A stretch of DNA of 64,000 nucleotides from Octopus sinensis. Lineage: Eukaryota. Below, in pieces: positions 24,401-38,570 of the stretch. The notes under the pieces are model-generated. The model saw only the letters and a list, made by a program, of their open reading frames with translations, was not told where the DNA came from and did no database searches. The stretch lies in contig NC_043011.1 in NCBI RefSeq assembly GCF_006345805.1, positions 62,074,464 through 62,138,463 on the forward strand, read 5' to 3'. Position numbers and translations under genes: made by a program. Positions within the stretch are counted from its first letter, which is position 1, and every line of letters starts with the position of its first letter.

Positions 24401-25934
24401 ATGGTGGTGATTGTTTACTTTTAGAATGACATTGTAGGGTAGGTGTGAGAGGTAGATCTGGTCAGTGCAAATCTAAAGCAAGTGGAACATTAGGGTCAGT
24501 AAGGTCCATTTAAATACTGAAGGTTAGAACATAATTTGAGGGTGATTTGACCTCTCTTTCCAGCAGGTCAAATGACCACATGGAAGCACTCTCATTGGCT
24601 TTTGTTCTACTCGTAATGTTGTTGTTGTTGTTGTTGGTCTTGCTTTTCTTGTTGTTGTTCTTGATTCCACTTTAATTCTAAACTTTGCTGTTGTCGTTGT
24701 TGTTCCTCTTGTTTCCTTTCGCTATTGTTTCGTGGTTAAATACTGAGATGTTGCGGCGTGGGTCTCAGCCGTTTTCTCTCTTCCACTTTATCTACTTCCC
24801 TTAACACTCGATCGCGTCCGCCTATCTGACCTCTACCATCTTTGAACGACTTTACAAGAGGTTTTCAGCTCATTGAAACACTATGAAGCACTTAGCTGTG
24901 CATATATCCTTCCTCTTCTTCCTTTATCTTTTGACAGTCACGTAGCATTTGAGGTAGATTTCACCACTATTTCTAGCACCATGCATGACCACATTGAGAT
25001 CCACTCATTGTCTCTCTCTCTCATAACTGTATCTGAGTAAACGAACTGTATTACGATCTATATTAGAACATCGTTAATTATAGATCGTTCTGTTAATCCG
25101 CTAAATCAGAACCGAACCAAATCTTAGATGACAATGTATTTAAAGAACTCTTGAACATTATGCATATGAATTCTGTATACCAGTCTCTCTCATTAACATA
25201 TTGGTAAGTCAATATTCTTCATTTGTTGATTGATTCTACTGTTTATTTAATTGGCATCATTTGTACTTAAATGAATATAAACCAAAACTAGAAATGTCAG
25301 ATGTCTTTTATTTAGTTTATTAACCGTATTTAAACCAGTCAGATGTTTTTTTTAACCATATTTAAACCATCCAAATCTGGCTCAAATATTCTACGTTTTG
25401 CATTCAAACTGGCCCTATTGACCCTCACACACCTAACCTACACTAACATTCCAAAAATATGCAATCATATCATCAAAACTTCTAAACTATAACAGAGCGA
25501 ATGATTAATTCAACTCAATTGAAATCAAAAAGTATTACATTTAATGGAATAATCTAAACATTTAAAAGATTATTCCAGTGTTTACCAAAGTTTTCTCAAT
25601 CGAATATCACCATTTGATGATTGGCTGAATCTGCCAGCATCCGTTTCTTAAATCTGTTGTGGTGATACTGAGAGGCAGGTATAGGTTAGTTTCAATTATT
25701 TACTTTTTCTAGCCCAACCTTCGCATCCCTGAAGTGAATTTTAGCACATCAGGCTGGGAGACACTGTTCAGAGTTAAAGTTTGAAAATCTGAAGAATAGA
25801 TGGAGATTACAAACGTTTGGAAAAGATAAGTCAGTGAGAGGTTAGATGGAAACTAAAAGAAGCCCATCGTAATGTGTGTGTGTGTATAAGAAGCTTGTCC
25901 TGTATATGCATATATTTATATCTAAAGCTCATTC

Positions 25935-25968
<34 letters not shown>

Positions 25969-25969
25969 T

Positions 25970-26748
25970 GAAGATAGTTGTGTGAAAAAGTGCCACACCC
26001 TAGCGGTTGAGGGAACCTGTGGAAGAGGCAGACCCAGGAAAACCTGGGACGAGGTGGTGAAGCACGACCTTCGAACTTTAGGTCTCACTGAGGAAATGAC
26101 TAGAGACCGAGACCTCTGGAAGTGTGCTGTGCGCGAGAAGACCCGGCAGGACAAGTGAGTCCACAACCCGTGGCCTTCTACATGGGATGGAGCCAGCCTA
26201 CGTATGCATACCTTCCCTTCTTGGGACACAAAACTCTACGTGTTGAGGCAAGTGAGGATCAGAATCGAAATCGATCAATGGAAATTGCGGATGTGCTACC
26301 AGTGCCGGTGGCATGTAGAAACTCTGCTTGTGAAGACCCATTGAGGCAAGTGAGGATCAGAATCGAAATCGATCAATGGAAATTGCAGATGTGTTACCAG
26401 TGCCGGTGGCATGTAAGAGAACTTTCCGTTTCGCGACCGTTGCCAGCACCGCCCCGTTTCGTGTCCGTTGCCAGCCTCGCCTGGCCCTCATGCCGGTGGC
26501 ACATAAAAAGCACCATCCGTTCGTGGCCGTTTGCCAGCTCTGTCTGGCACCAGTGCGGGTGGCACGTAAAAAGCACCCACTACACTCACGGAGTGGTTGG
26601 CGTTAGGAAGGGCATCCAGCCGTAGAAACACTGCCAGATTTGACTGGGCCTGATGAAGCCTTCTGGCTTCACAGACCCCAGTAGAACCGTCCAACCCATG
26701 CTAGCATGGAAAACGGACGCTAAATGATGATGATGATGATGATGATGA
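25970..26748 (+). mobile_element. 5'-truncated RTE copy: ORF end, full 3' UTR and (GAT)n tail
   Basis: Translates KKCHTLAVEGTCGRGRPRKTWDEVVKHDLRTLGLTEEMTRDRDLWKCAVREKTRQDK*, nearly identical to the LINE at 510-700. ~98 bp tandem duplication at 26243-26415. Confidence 0.9.
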
Positions 26749-26770
26749 TATATATATATATATATATATA

Positions 26771-27030
26771 TCATCATCACCCTCATCATCATCATCGTTA
26801 AACATCCGTTTTTCTGTGCTAGCACAGGTTGGACGGTTCGACCAGTGTCTGGGAAGCCAGGAGGCTGCACCAGGCTCCAGTCTGATCTAGTAGTGTTTCT
26901 ACAGCTGGATGCCCTACCTAATGCCAACCACTCCGTGAGTGTAGTGGGTGCTTTTTACGTGCCACCGGCACAGGTGCCAGGGGAGGCTGGCAGAGGCCAC
27001 GATCGGTTGGTGCTTTTTACGTGCCACCAG
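26771..27030 (-). mobile_element. RTE 3' tail copy, tail-to-tail with the preceding one
   Basis: Reverse complement of 26490-26748 across a central (TA)n. Confidence 0.9.
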
Positions 27031-27240
27031 CACATATATATACATATATACAAAGTGGTGCTTTCAATTTTTGTCGACCAGATCCGCTCATAGGTCTTTG
27101 GTCAGACCAGGGCTATAGTAGAAGGCACTTACCTAAAGTGCCACACAGTGGAATTGAACCTGAAAGTATGTGGATGGGAAACAAGCTTCTTACCACACAG
27201 CCACATCTGCACCTATAAGCATATACATGCATTTATATAT

Positions 27241-27278
<38 letters not shown>

Positions 27279-27337
27279 GTGCGCTTATGTGAACACTGTG
27301 GACTTTCTTTTCCCTTTACTTTTACTCCCTCTCCTCA

Positions 27338-27590
27338 CTTAGCGGTCATTCAAATAGCTCTTTTGTCTTAATAACGGTCAATCACACAGTAATTTCCCTT
27401 TGTATAACGGTCATTTTCATAGCATTTTTTCCAATGGCTGGATAAATGAAGAGATGGCAGCATGGATTTCCATCCCGGCATCCGAAACTCGAATAATTGT
27501 CACATATTACAGTTTCAGATAAATTCCTATTTACATAATATCGAGGTCTCTTTCTTTCTTTTGTTGTCTTACCATTTTTATCAATATATA
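27338..27590 (+). mobile_element. PLE-type family X copy with inactivated hammerhead
   Basis: gataa-atgaaga (C3 changed to A) and deletion of the gagttttatcatggctacc segment present at 7041-7059. Confidence 0.75.
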
Positions 27591-27689
27591 TATACTGGGT
27601 ATGATGGGTAAATTGTTGCCATTTTATATTTCTTATTTCCTGCATACACATTGTTTGTTTTGTTTTTGATTTTGTTGACTACATAGTAC

Positions 27690-28461
27690 AGTAGGGTCAG
27701 TTGGGCACTGCCTATACGAAAAACAGTACCATGACACAATTCACTCTGCCAGAAATTTGGAAATGACCATGCTGTATTGCTTGGCTTTCATGCCTAAAGC
27801 TCCAACACGAGCATTTCAGAGTGTTTGGGTGTCAATCTGAGCACACATGCCAAGAGTGATAGAAATCTAAAATCCAGTTTGGAGTGATCCCTAGTGATGG
27901 TGACTTTATGCCTCCATTCATCTTCCCACAAGGCCTCTGACTCAACACGGCGGCCTGGATCAAGTGCCTCGATGAGGTAGTGCTGCCCTGGGTCAAGAGG
28001 GTGGCTGCTGGAACACCCTGTGTCTGGCAACAGGACTCTGCACCATGCCACACAAGAAGGAGAACCCAGTCATGGCTGTCAGACAATTTCTGTAACCACA
28101 TCACCCCTAACATCTGGCCACCTAACTCCCCAGACTGCAACCCCCTTGATTATTATGTGTGGGAAGCAGTTGAGTGAGAGACCAGAAAAACTCTTTGTAA
28201 TACCAAAGATAAACTGAAGGCAAGGATTATGGCAGCATTCACCAACTTAAACAAGGAGACCGTCCAGAAGAGTTGCAGGAGATTCCAAAGTCGTCTGGAG
28301 ACCATGGTTGAAGCCAATGGCGATTTTATTGAATAAAATTACTCTTTAGTATTTCAAGCTATTTTTATGTAAATTTGGTAAATTTATCTGTTAAAATGAG
28401 ATGTTAGTGTTAATTTCATTTTAGCGTAATTTAGACGACTGTTTATTCACCACATCCTGTA
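27690..28461 (+). mobile_element. maT-family (DD37D) Tc1/mariner transposon, 3' part with right TIR
   Basis: Translates WQQDSAPCH...WPPNSPDCNPLDYYVW...FQSRLETMVEANGDFIE*; 37 residues between the D of QQD and the D of PLD. Ends ...tttattcaccacatcctgTA. In-frame stops present. Confidence 0.9.
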
Positions 28462-28463
28462 CA

Positions 28464-28499
<36 letters not shown>

Positions 28500-28835
28500 T
28501 GTATGTATGTATGTATTTGTGTGTGTGTGTGTGATCTTATGAATGTATGAGAGAGATGGGTGAAGATTCTGTGTTTGCATGTGTGTATGAATATATTCGT
28601 TGGATGAATGTTTGTATGTATGTAATATATATGTGTGCACATATTTTTCTCTTTCGATATATAGACTAAGATGCGTATTAAACTGTAAATGTCTGCTGTT
28701 TCTTCCCATATCAACAAACATCTACAGTTATGGACCAGGTGTCACTAATGATAATAAAAGTATTGTTTGTTGCAAGGGTGACAGATGCGAGGAGAATGGA
28801 AGATTAAATTTTGGGCGTTTTCCACAGAGTTATGG

Positions 28836-29160
28836 GTGAGTGGTTAGAGTGTCAGACTCACAATCATGAGGTAGTGAGTTCAATTCCCAGACCGGACTGC
28901 GTGTTGTGCTCTTGAGCAAGACACTCTATTTCACATTGCTCCAGTTCTCTTAGTTGCAGAAATGAGTCACGACATCACTGGTGCCAAGCTGTGTCAGCCC
29001 CTTTTGCTTTTCCCTTGGATAATATTGGTGGCATGGAGAAGGGAGGCCAGTATGTATGGGTGCCTGCTGTCTCTTCCATAAACAACCTTGACCAGACTTT
29101 TGCCTTGGGGGGGAACTTTATAGGTATAATCCCATGGTCATTCTTGATCGAAAGGGGTCT
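28836..29160 (+). mobile_element. tRNA-headed SINE with CORE-like central segment (family D)
   Basis: gagtggttagagtgtcagactc...gagttcaattccc, then cttgagcaagacactctatttcacattgctccagttc...aaatgag. Confidence 0.7.
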
Positions 29161-29494
29161 AAGATACAAAAAAAAAAGTGTATAACTATTGTAAGTATCC
29201 TGCTATTAATACCAAAATGGATATGGGTGGGAGAACAGCGACACAGGATCAATCAAAGGGCTCTACTGATTCAGGAAAATGCCTAGTGCCCTCTCACTGC
29301 TGGTTTTCTCAGGCCTGTAGGGATTTCCCGAGATTAGGCCTCTTTTAATGCACCATTCTTGTAATACTCATCCACATCATCTCATCATCATTTAGTTTCT
29401 GTTTTCCTTCCTTGCATGGAAAGAATTTGTTATGGCGAATTTTTCTAAGACCAGATGTCCCTTCCTGTTGCCAGCCTTTACCTATCTTTCAAGC

Positions 29495-29780
29495 ATGCCT
29501 CCATTCATCTTCCCAAGAGGCCTACATCAAGTGCTAGGAGGACGTAGTGGTGCCCTGAGCCAAGAGGGAGGCTACTGGAAGATCCTGTCAGAAGAACCCA
29601 GTCGTGGCTGTCAGACAATTTCTTTGACCACATCACCCCTAACATTTGGGGACCTAACTCCCCAGACTGCATCCCCTTTGATTATAATGTCTGGAGCACA
29701 GTTGAGCGAGAGTCTAACAAAACTCTTTGTAACACCAAAGATGAAATGAAGGCAAGAATTATGCCGGCATTTGCCATCTT
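29495..29780 (+). mobile_element. Second, internally deleted maT copy
   Basis: Collinear with 27908-28245 with two deletions. Confidence 0.85.
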
Positions 29781-32655
29781 ATATATATCATCAACATGAT
29801 CATCATGATCGTTTAACATCTGCTTTCCATGTTGGCATAGATTGGCTGGTTTGACTGAGGACTGGCAAGCCAGAAGGCTGCACCAGGCTCCAGTCTGATC
29901 TGGCAAGACTTCTACAACTGGATGCCCTTCTTAACACCAGACACTCCGAGAGTGTAGTGGGTGCTTTTTATGTGCACAGGTGCCAGTCAGGTGGCACTGG
30001 CATCAGCCACGACTACAATTTCACTTGACTCAACAGGTCTTCTCAAGCACAGGATATTGCCCGACGATTGAAGCGTACTTCTGAACAGGCCATTTATGTG
30101 ACATTGGCATCAGCCATGGCTACGATCTCACTTGGCTCGCTGGGTCTTCTCAAGGACAGCATATCTCCAAATGTATATATGTATATATATGTGTGTATGT
30201 GTGTGTATGTGTGTGTTGGTTTGTATTTATGCACAAGTTTGTTTTGTGGAGAGTGGGAGTGACTTGTGGTTGATGTGGAATGACATGTGGGTCTCTCGCA
30301 GCCCTTAGGACCCATATGAGACATCTTCAATGATGAGGCAACCCGATTTGAGATCTTTCTTACTTAGAATGAAATGGAGTCTCGGTAGTGGTCCTTACTC
30401 AGAGATGAACCAACTACCACCACGCTTGTATTTCATGTATCATTCTCATCACCACCACCACCATCATCATCATCATTGTTATTACTACTAAAATCATCAC
30501 CACTGCCACCACCACTACCATAACCATCATTATCACCGCCACCATCGCCAGCAGTAATTGTATATTTATTACTCCATACTCTCCTTACATAATTACTTAA
30601 TTATGTAATTAAACATGGTTAAACATATCTCTTGATCCTTCATGTTCCATATATTTGTTTTGGCTTCTGTTTTTTCTTTTATTTTTTGTTTTATTTCCAA
30701 AAGTTTGCTGTTGCTTACACTCACCCCCACCCCACCCGACCCCCACTTGTTGCAGTTTAAATTCTTTCCTTCCTTTCCCTCCTCTTTGTCGTCTTTCTCA
30801 TCCTCTTCTCCCTTTCCATCATTATCAGTGATCACCATCATCATCATCAGCTTCATCATTGACATTCTCATCATTCCCCTCTTCTTCATCGCCATCAGCC
30901 TCACCAATCAAAGACTGGGGGTTGATTTAATCAACTAACCCCTGTCCCTTAAATCTGAAGCCTTGTATTTATAACAGAAACAATTGTTATATTATTATTG
31001 TCGTTGTTGTTGTTAATGTTTTGCCATTATTGTTGTTGTTGGGCTCCACACCAGTTCCTACTGAGCAAACCTATAATTCCTCAAAGTAGCAAATCTACCC
31101 TTGTCTACGATGGAGGCATAAAGTGAGGGAGGGAAGTCATAGCAGTAGTATCATGAGCATCATCATCATCATCATCATCGTTTAACGTCCGCTTTCCATG
31201 CTACCATGAGTTGGATGAATGACTTAGGATTGGTGAACCGGATGGCTGCACCAGGCTCCAATCTTATCTGGCAGAGTTTCTACAGCTGGATGCCTTTCCT
31301 AACGCCAACCACTCTGAGATTGTAGTGGGTTCTTTTTACGTGCCACCAGCATGTATTGAGGAATGTGTAAATGGACTTAATAGATTGCTGGCTGATGTCT
31401 TAGATAAATCGCATTATCGTTGGTGATACAGCATTCTATTGCAGCTATATGACATGTGTTTGCGACTAAGTGACACGTGATGACAATTCACTCCCGCACC
31501 TGAAATAGGCTCCCAGCCTCTCTATCATGAATGGTTATGTGGACCACTGCTGATGAAAGCCAGGGCTTCCTTCGACCACAACATAAAAAAAGTATTATGA
31601 CAAAAAATGCTGTTTAGATATATTTTTATTTTAGTTGTTTACACTATTTTACGCTTGTTTATACTCTTATACATTCAAAGTTCTGAAAATTCCTTATTTA
31701 AATTATGAATCATATTCCTTTCGATAATATCAATATGATTACAAAACTTCTTTGTAGACAATATTTTCTGTTTGGTCGACACTAATTTTCAAATTACTGG
31801 AGTCCGTTGCTCTACTCATGGCCGCGTATATCTGGCCTTGTGCAAACATCGGAGTGGGTAAAAATACACCTACACGATCTAAAGCCTGGCCTTGTGCTGC
31901 TTTGTTTGCTGTGAATGTGATGGGAGATTATGGTCATGACATTGTTGATGATGATGATATATCAACAAAACAAAAAAAAAACAAAAAACATATCCAGATT
32001 TTTAAAAAAATGCAAACCAAATATAAAAAAACCCACCGTTTTCTTGTTGGTTTTCTCTGTGTTTTGTTTCTTTTGTCCACTTTTGCCGTTGTTGTTGTTG
32101 TTACTGTTCTCCATTACATAATTCAATATTATTTCACTTGTTGGCTTTTTTCATTAATCAAAACCATTGTTATTCTTGTTCCTGTTGTTACCCCGGAGCC
32201 ATTCTTGCTAAAGTTGATGCTTGTTATTATTGTTGATGCTGTTGTTAACATCATCATCCTCATCATCACAACCTTTACCATCATCATCATCATCACAAAC
32301 ATCATCATTATTACTATAATTATTGTTGTTGTTATTATTAGTTTTTGGTAATCGGGACTCCATTTTGCCCAATCTATTAATCCTGTTCATCCATCCATGT
32401 CAACCGATTCCGAAATAAATCAGTCATGGAGATATTTTGATAGCTTTTCTACATTTTAATTTTTTTCCCCCTTTTTTTTCCCATTCATCTTTGGTTCTTA
32501 AACCCCAGTCCTCACTCAATGCCCTGGCCCCTATACCTCTATAGCCCCTCCCCTCGGTTCATCTTGCCTCCCCTCCCACCCATTAAGTATTTATTTTAAC
32601 AAGGCTTGTTGCTTGTTTAATACCATATCACAGTTGTATGCTGGAAGTTTGGGGG

Positions 32656-32687
<32 letters not shown>

Positions 32688-32801
32688 ATAGAGGAAGGAA
32701 CACAGATCGCAATTTTGTAAGAACTGTATATATATATATATATGTATGTATATATATATAATATATATAATATATATATATATATTATATATATATGTAT
32801 G

Positions 32802-32912
<111 letters not shown>

Positions 32913-33459
32913 ATATATATGTATATATATGTATATATCTATATACATATGTATATATCTATATACATATGTATGTATATATCTATATACATATGTATAT
33001 ATATATATATATACACACACATACATATATATATACTCACTCTTATACACACACACACACACGTGTTTGTCATAATTTCCTGTTTATTTTATTCAGCCAC
33101 AAACTAAAAATATTTGCTTACAAAATGGTGGTTTGATGAACCAGCGTTTATATGCATGTTCCTTATTTTCCTACATGGAAGCAACCAACCACAACCAGCT
33201 AGTACTGTGTGTGTTGGTGTTGGTCATGGCTGGAAAAGCATAACCAGAATAAGAACATTTTATATTTTCACATGATATGTTCTTCCTTTATTAAATGTTA
33301 TTGATGGTAGGGGACTGGACTTGAGGGGGTAGGTATTGTTGTTGCTGGTCTATGTTCATTGATATTCTAATAAGCTCCATCCAGTCTCATGCATATATGT
33401 GTATACCGGTCTATCTACCTTCATACCTGTCTCTCTCTATATATATATTTACATATATA

Positions 33460-33499
33460 TCTACCTATCAGTCTATCTACCTACCTGCCTACCTACCTC

Positions 33500-33573
<74 letters not shown>

Positions 33574-33642
33574 CATCTATCTATCTATCTATCTATCTTT
33601 CTATCTATCCATCTATCTATCTATCTATCTATCTATCCATCC

Positions 33643-33681
<39 letters not shown>

Positions 33682-33686
33682 CATCC

Positions 33687-33721
<35 letters not shown>

Positions 33722-33830
33722 CATCCATCCATCCATCCATCCATCCATCCATCCATCCATCCATCTATCTATCTATCTATCTATCTATCTGTCCATCCAT
33801 CTATCTATCTATCTATCTATCCATCTATCC

Positions 33831-33862
<32 letters not shown>

Positions 33863-33870
33863 GTCCATCC

Positions 33871-33905
<35 letters not shown>

Positions 33906-33914
33906 CATCTATCC

Positions 33915-33945
<31 letters not shown>

Positions 33946-34040
33946 CATCTATCTGTCTGTCTGTGTGTCTATCTATCTATTTATCGATCTATCTATCTAT
34001 CTGTCCATCTATCTATTTTTCTGTTTATCTGTGTCTCTCT
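33460..34040. repeat. Long (TCTA)n/(TCCA)n compound microsatellite
   Basis: About 580 bp of tetranucleotide repeat; source of the 245-265 aa junk ORFs. Confidence 0.95.
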
Positions 34041-34043
34041 ATC

Positions 34044-34127
<84 letters not shown>

Positions 34128-34526
34128 CCCTATTGAAGGTAGATGTTAAACGATGATGATGATGTTATGTACTGCTGGTCGCGATGCACTTCCTGGCATT
34201 GTTGTAACTTTGGAATGACAGCACCTAACTGACTAGGTTGGGTAAAGGTATCTTCCATGGTGACCACCACTTAGGTCGAGAGCAGAACGAGTGAAATATT
34301 TGGTTCTTGGTTACCTTTGTCCCTTTTCTTTTTCTTTTATCTTTTACTTGTTTCAGTCATTGGACTGCGACCATGCAAGGGCACCACCTTGAAGGGTTTT
34401 AGGACCCAGTATTTATGTTTTTTAAGACAGGTGCTCTTTCTATCTGTCTTTTTTGCCCAACTGCTAAGTTACTGGGATGTAATCAAACCAACACCATTGT
34501 CAAGTAAGGGACAAATACAAATACAT

Positions 34527-34571
<45 letters not shown>

Positions 34572-36588
34572 CACACACACACAAGCATATGCTCATGACA
34601 GGCTTCTTGACATTTCTGGCTAGCAAATCCATTCCACACAAGGCTTTGGTTGGCCTGGGGTGTCATGCAATAGGACAGAACCCAAAACCATGTGGTTGAA
34701 AAATAAATTTCTTGCTGCACAGCCACGCCATTGCCTTTAGTGAAATTTACTTTGTTCATAACACTTGATGTAAGTCTCTGATTTTAGAATAACTACTTCA
34801 CTTCTTCCTACCAGTCTTTGGTCCATAGTCACAAGGTTGTTGCCCTACCTTCTAACTGAACAAAAACAGAAAAAAGAAAAGGTGTGGCTCTATAGTAATA
34901 AGTTTCTTTCCCAAACCACATGGTTCTGGGTTCAATCCCACTGTATGGCACCTTGAATAAGTTTCTTCTATTATAGCCCCAGGCTGACCAAACCCTTGTG
35001 AGGGGATTTGGCTGATGGATCACTAAAAGAAACCTGTCATGTATTTATGTCTGGTCATCCCCCTGCTACCGCTTTACATCTGGTGTTGGTTTATTTACAT
35101 CCTTGTAACCAAGTGGGTCAGCAAATGCAACCGATAGAATAAATACCAGGCTGTTGAAAAATAAGAACTGGAATTAATTTCTGCAGCTGAACCCTTCAAG
35201 GTGGTGCCCCAGCATGGCCACAGTCTGAAGACCGAAGCAAAGATAGTACCGAATCTCTTGGATTCTTTTTCTTCTCTTTTCTTTTTTTTTCTTTTACCTA
35301 TTTGCACTAACTTAACTAATGGCAACTGAGAACATTTTGGTACTAATTATAAGTTTGGTGTGTTGTAGTTATCTCTTGTTTTTTTGTTTTTTTACAAGAC
35401 CTAAGTTGAAAGGGAAGACCGACAAAACGAGCAGACGAGACATAAACGAGGAAGTTGTTATTAGTAAAACAGGTAATTGTTCCCCCGAATGAAACGAACT
35501 GATAGTGGCGTTCTTACGATGGGTATGATAGAACGATGACGAAGGTGGCGGCATCGGTGGGGGGGGGGGGTGACAACAATGTTGATGATCAGGTTGATGG
35601 TGATGGTGGTGGTGGTGGTGATGTTGGGTGTTACTGTGATTGTGGTGGTGCTGCTGCTGTTGCTGCTGATGATGATAATAGTGATTGTGATGATTTTGAT
35701 GATAATGATGATGATGATGATGATAATGATGATGATGATGATGATAAAAATGATGATGGTCATGATGATGAGGATTACAATGATAACAGACTTCTCATTT
35801 TAGCAACAAAATGTATCTGTTGTGAAAACAAGCAGAAGGAAAGAAAGAAAAGAAAGAAAGAAGGAAGGAAGGAAAGAAAGAAACAGAAAGAAAGACAGGA
35901 ACAAAGAAATGAAAGAACACTGTCAAAGATTGTTATATATGTGTGTGTGTGGTGTGTATGTATCTGGATGTTTCTGTCTTTGTATGTGTGTATATGTGCT
36001 TCTCTGTGTGTGTATGTGTGTGTGCTTCTGTGTGTGTGCGTGTGATATGGTAAGGATGACTAAATAAAACGATATTTGCAGCTTCTCTACTCCAAGCAGC
36101 GAGTGATGGATGTGTGTGTCGGGTGGTGGGTGGCAGATGTGGAAGCGCCTCCCCTACTAAGCAAGGAACTTGTGATTTTATGGCTAAAACTGATGATATT
36201 CTGTGATATTCAAGCCTTTCCTAAAGGAATTTAGTGCTAAACTCAACCCAAACCACTTCAAAGACAGGGCCAAAGCCAACTTCCTGCTTCCGTTTCTTTA
36301 GACTCTGCACACATTTTACTTTGCTTCAGTTCGTTATTATTATTATTATTATTTATTATAAAGAAAGAAGCCTGTCGTATATATGTATATATGTATGTGT
36401 GTGTATATGTTTGTGTGTCTGTCCCCCACCAACATCACTTGACAACAGATGGTAGTGTGTTTACGTCCCCCGTAACTTAGCAGTTCGGCAAAAGAGACCG
36501 ATAAAATAAGTACTAGGCTTACAAAGAATAAGCCCTGGGGTCGATTTGCTTGACTAAAGGTAGTGCTCCAGATTGAAACAAGTAAAAG

Positions 36589-36620
<32 letters not shown>

Positions 36621-36873
36621 CATTATTATTATTATTATTGTTAGTATGCAAGGTGGTGGGCATGAATGCTTAACGGCATTTTGTTCATCTGCACGTTCTG
36701 AGTTCAAACTCCGCCGAAGTCGACTTTGCCTTTCATACTTAAAGGGCCGATAAAATAAGTACCAGTTGCATTCTAGAGTCGATGTAACCGAATATCCCCC
36801 TCCCTCAAAATTCCAGGCCTTGTAGAAAGGACTATTATTATTTATACAGTAGAAAGGTTTATTATTATTAATA

Positions 36874-36905
<32 letters not shown>

Positions 36906-37139
36906 AATCATAATGGTTTCAAATTTTGGCTTAAGGCCAGCAATTCTTGGGGGAAGGGTATGTCGATTAGTGCTCAACTGACTCGTATTTTTTTGATCCC
37001 CAGAAGGATGAAAGGCAGTCAACCTCAGTGGAATTTGAACTCAGAATGCAAAGACAGGCAGTATGCCACTAAGCATCTTGTCTGGCATGCTAATGATTCT
37101 GCCAGCTTCCTGCTTCAATAATAATAATAATAATAATAA

Positions 37140-37372
37140 CAATTTACAGATACTATACAGACAGATAAATGCCAATAGACCTGTTATTATTATCAAAGAT
37201 CATTGACAAAAACACCTGCAATCAAGTTGATATGATATTACAAACTGATTGAAATCTCTCAGTTGAAGAATTCCGAAAGCTAACTTGGTTCAATGATCTG
37301 GAGATAGAAATCAGCAGACTGGAAATTGGAAACAATAATAATTGGAGCACCAGGCATGCTTAAAAACTGGTC
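37140..37372 (+). mobile_element. R4/Dong-like LINE restriction-like endonuclease fragment
   Basis: Degenerate translation resembles IQTDRQINANRPxIIIKD...IDMTIP...KLxxxxDLEIEI...IIIGAxGM (RPD...D...K REL pattern); begins right after (AAT)n. Confidence 0.6.
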
Positions 37373-38042
37373 TTCAGCCTTCATCACCATCATCGTCGTC
37401 GTCGTTGTCGTTTAATGTCCATTTTCCATGCTGGCATGGGTTGGATGGTTTGACTGAGGTCTGGAAAGCCAGGAGGCCGCACCAAGTTCCAATCTGATCT
37501 GACAGTATTTCTACAACTGGATGCCTTTCCTAACACCAACCACTCCGGGGGTGTAATGGGTGCCTTTTAGGTACGACCAGCATGGGAGCCAGTCAGGTGG
37601 CACTGGCATCGGCCACAACTACAATTTCCATTTGATTTTGGTTCATTGATAAAATAGGAAGATGTTGGATGAAGCAGTGTAAAAGCATCTACAGATGTTG
37701 GGACTCACAGAGGGGAGAACAGAGGACCAGGATTCCTGGTGGTTTGCTCTGCTTGAGAAAATGCGGCACTACTGAGTAAAAGCATAGTTGTCCTTGCATA
37801 CACCACTTTGTTAATAATGATAATAATAATCATTTCTACACTAGACACAAGGCCCGAAATTTGGGGGGAGGGGGCCAGTCAATAATTAGATTGATCTCAG
37901 TATGTAACTGGTACTTAATTTATCAACCCCAAAAGAATGAAAGGTAAAGTTGACCTCGGTGGAATTTGAACTCAGAAGGTAAAGACAGACGAAATACTGT
38001 TAAGCATTTTGCCCAGCGTGCTAACGATTCTGCCAGTTCACC

Positions 38043-38074
<32 letters not shown>

Positions 38075-38299
38075 TAATAATAATAATAATAATAATCCTT
38101 TCTACTATAGGCACCAGGCCCAAAATTTTATGGGGAGGGTAAATCAATTACTTTGCAGTGTTTCACAGGTACTTAATTTAACGACCCTGAAAGGATTAGA
38201 AGCAAATTCGATTTTAGCAGAATACACGAAGATAGAAGAAATACCGCAAAGCATTTTTCCAGCTGACCACCTTAATAATGATAATGATAATAATAAGAG

Positions 38300-38570
38300 C
38301 ATATGAACAGTAAGGGTCATGCCTATAATAATTGGTGTGTTGGGAACGGTAAGCCAAGATGTAGACAAATGGCTGAGGGAGATTGGAATAGAATGCCCTG
38401 TAGAGCTCTTACAGAAAGTTTGTCTCTTAGGCACAGAAAGGATTATCAGGAGGGTTCTAAGCACTTGAATGACTGACGGAAACTTGTGGATACCTAAGGT
38501 TACAAGTGGTAACCTGCTCCCCTCATAAATCCTACCAAGAATAAGACCGAAGATGAGCCAAACCAATAAT
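38300..38570 (+). mobile_element. R4/Dong-like LINE 3' end with 3' UTR
   Basis: Translates VMPIIIGVLGTVSQDVDKWLREIGIECPVELLQKVCLLGTERIIRRVLST*, matching the V.P..IG.LG...LQK..LLGT.RI.R.VL terminus; flanked by AAT/GAT repeats. Confidence 0.75.

Noticed and set aside
26646-26680. CTGATGAAGCC-ttct-GGCTT, hammerhead-like
   Set aside because: No GAAA follows. Paralogous RTE tails read ctggtgcagcc here, so the match is a private mutation.
31548-31580. CTGATGAAAGCC with a short hairpin
   Set aside because: No GAAA core or cleavage triplet.
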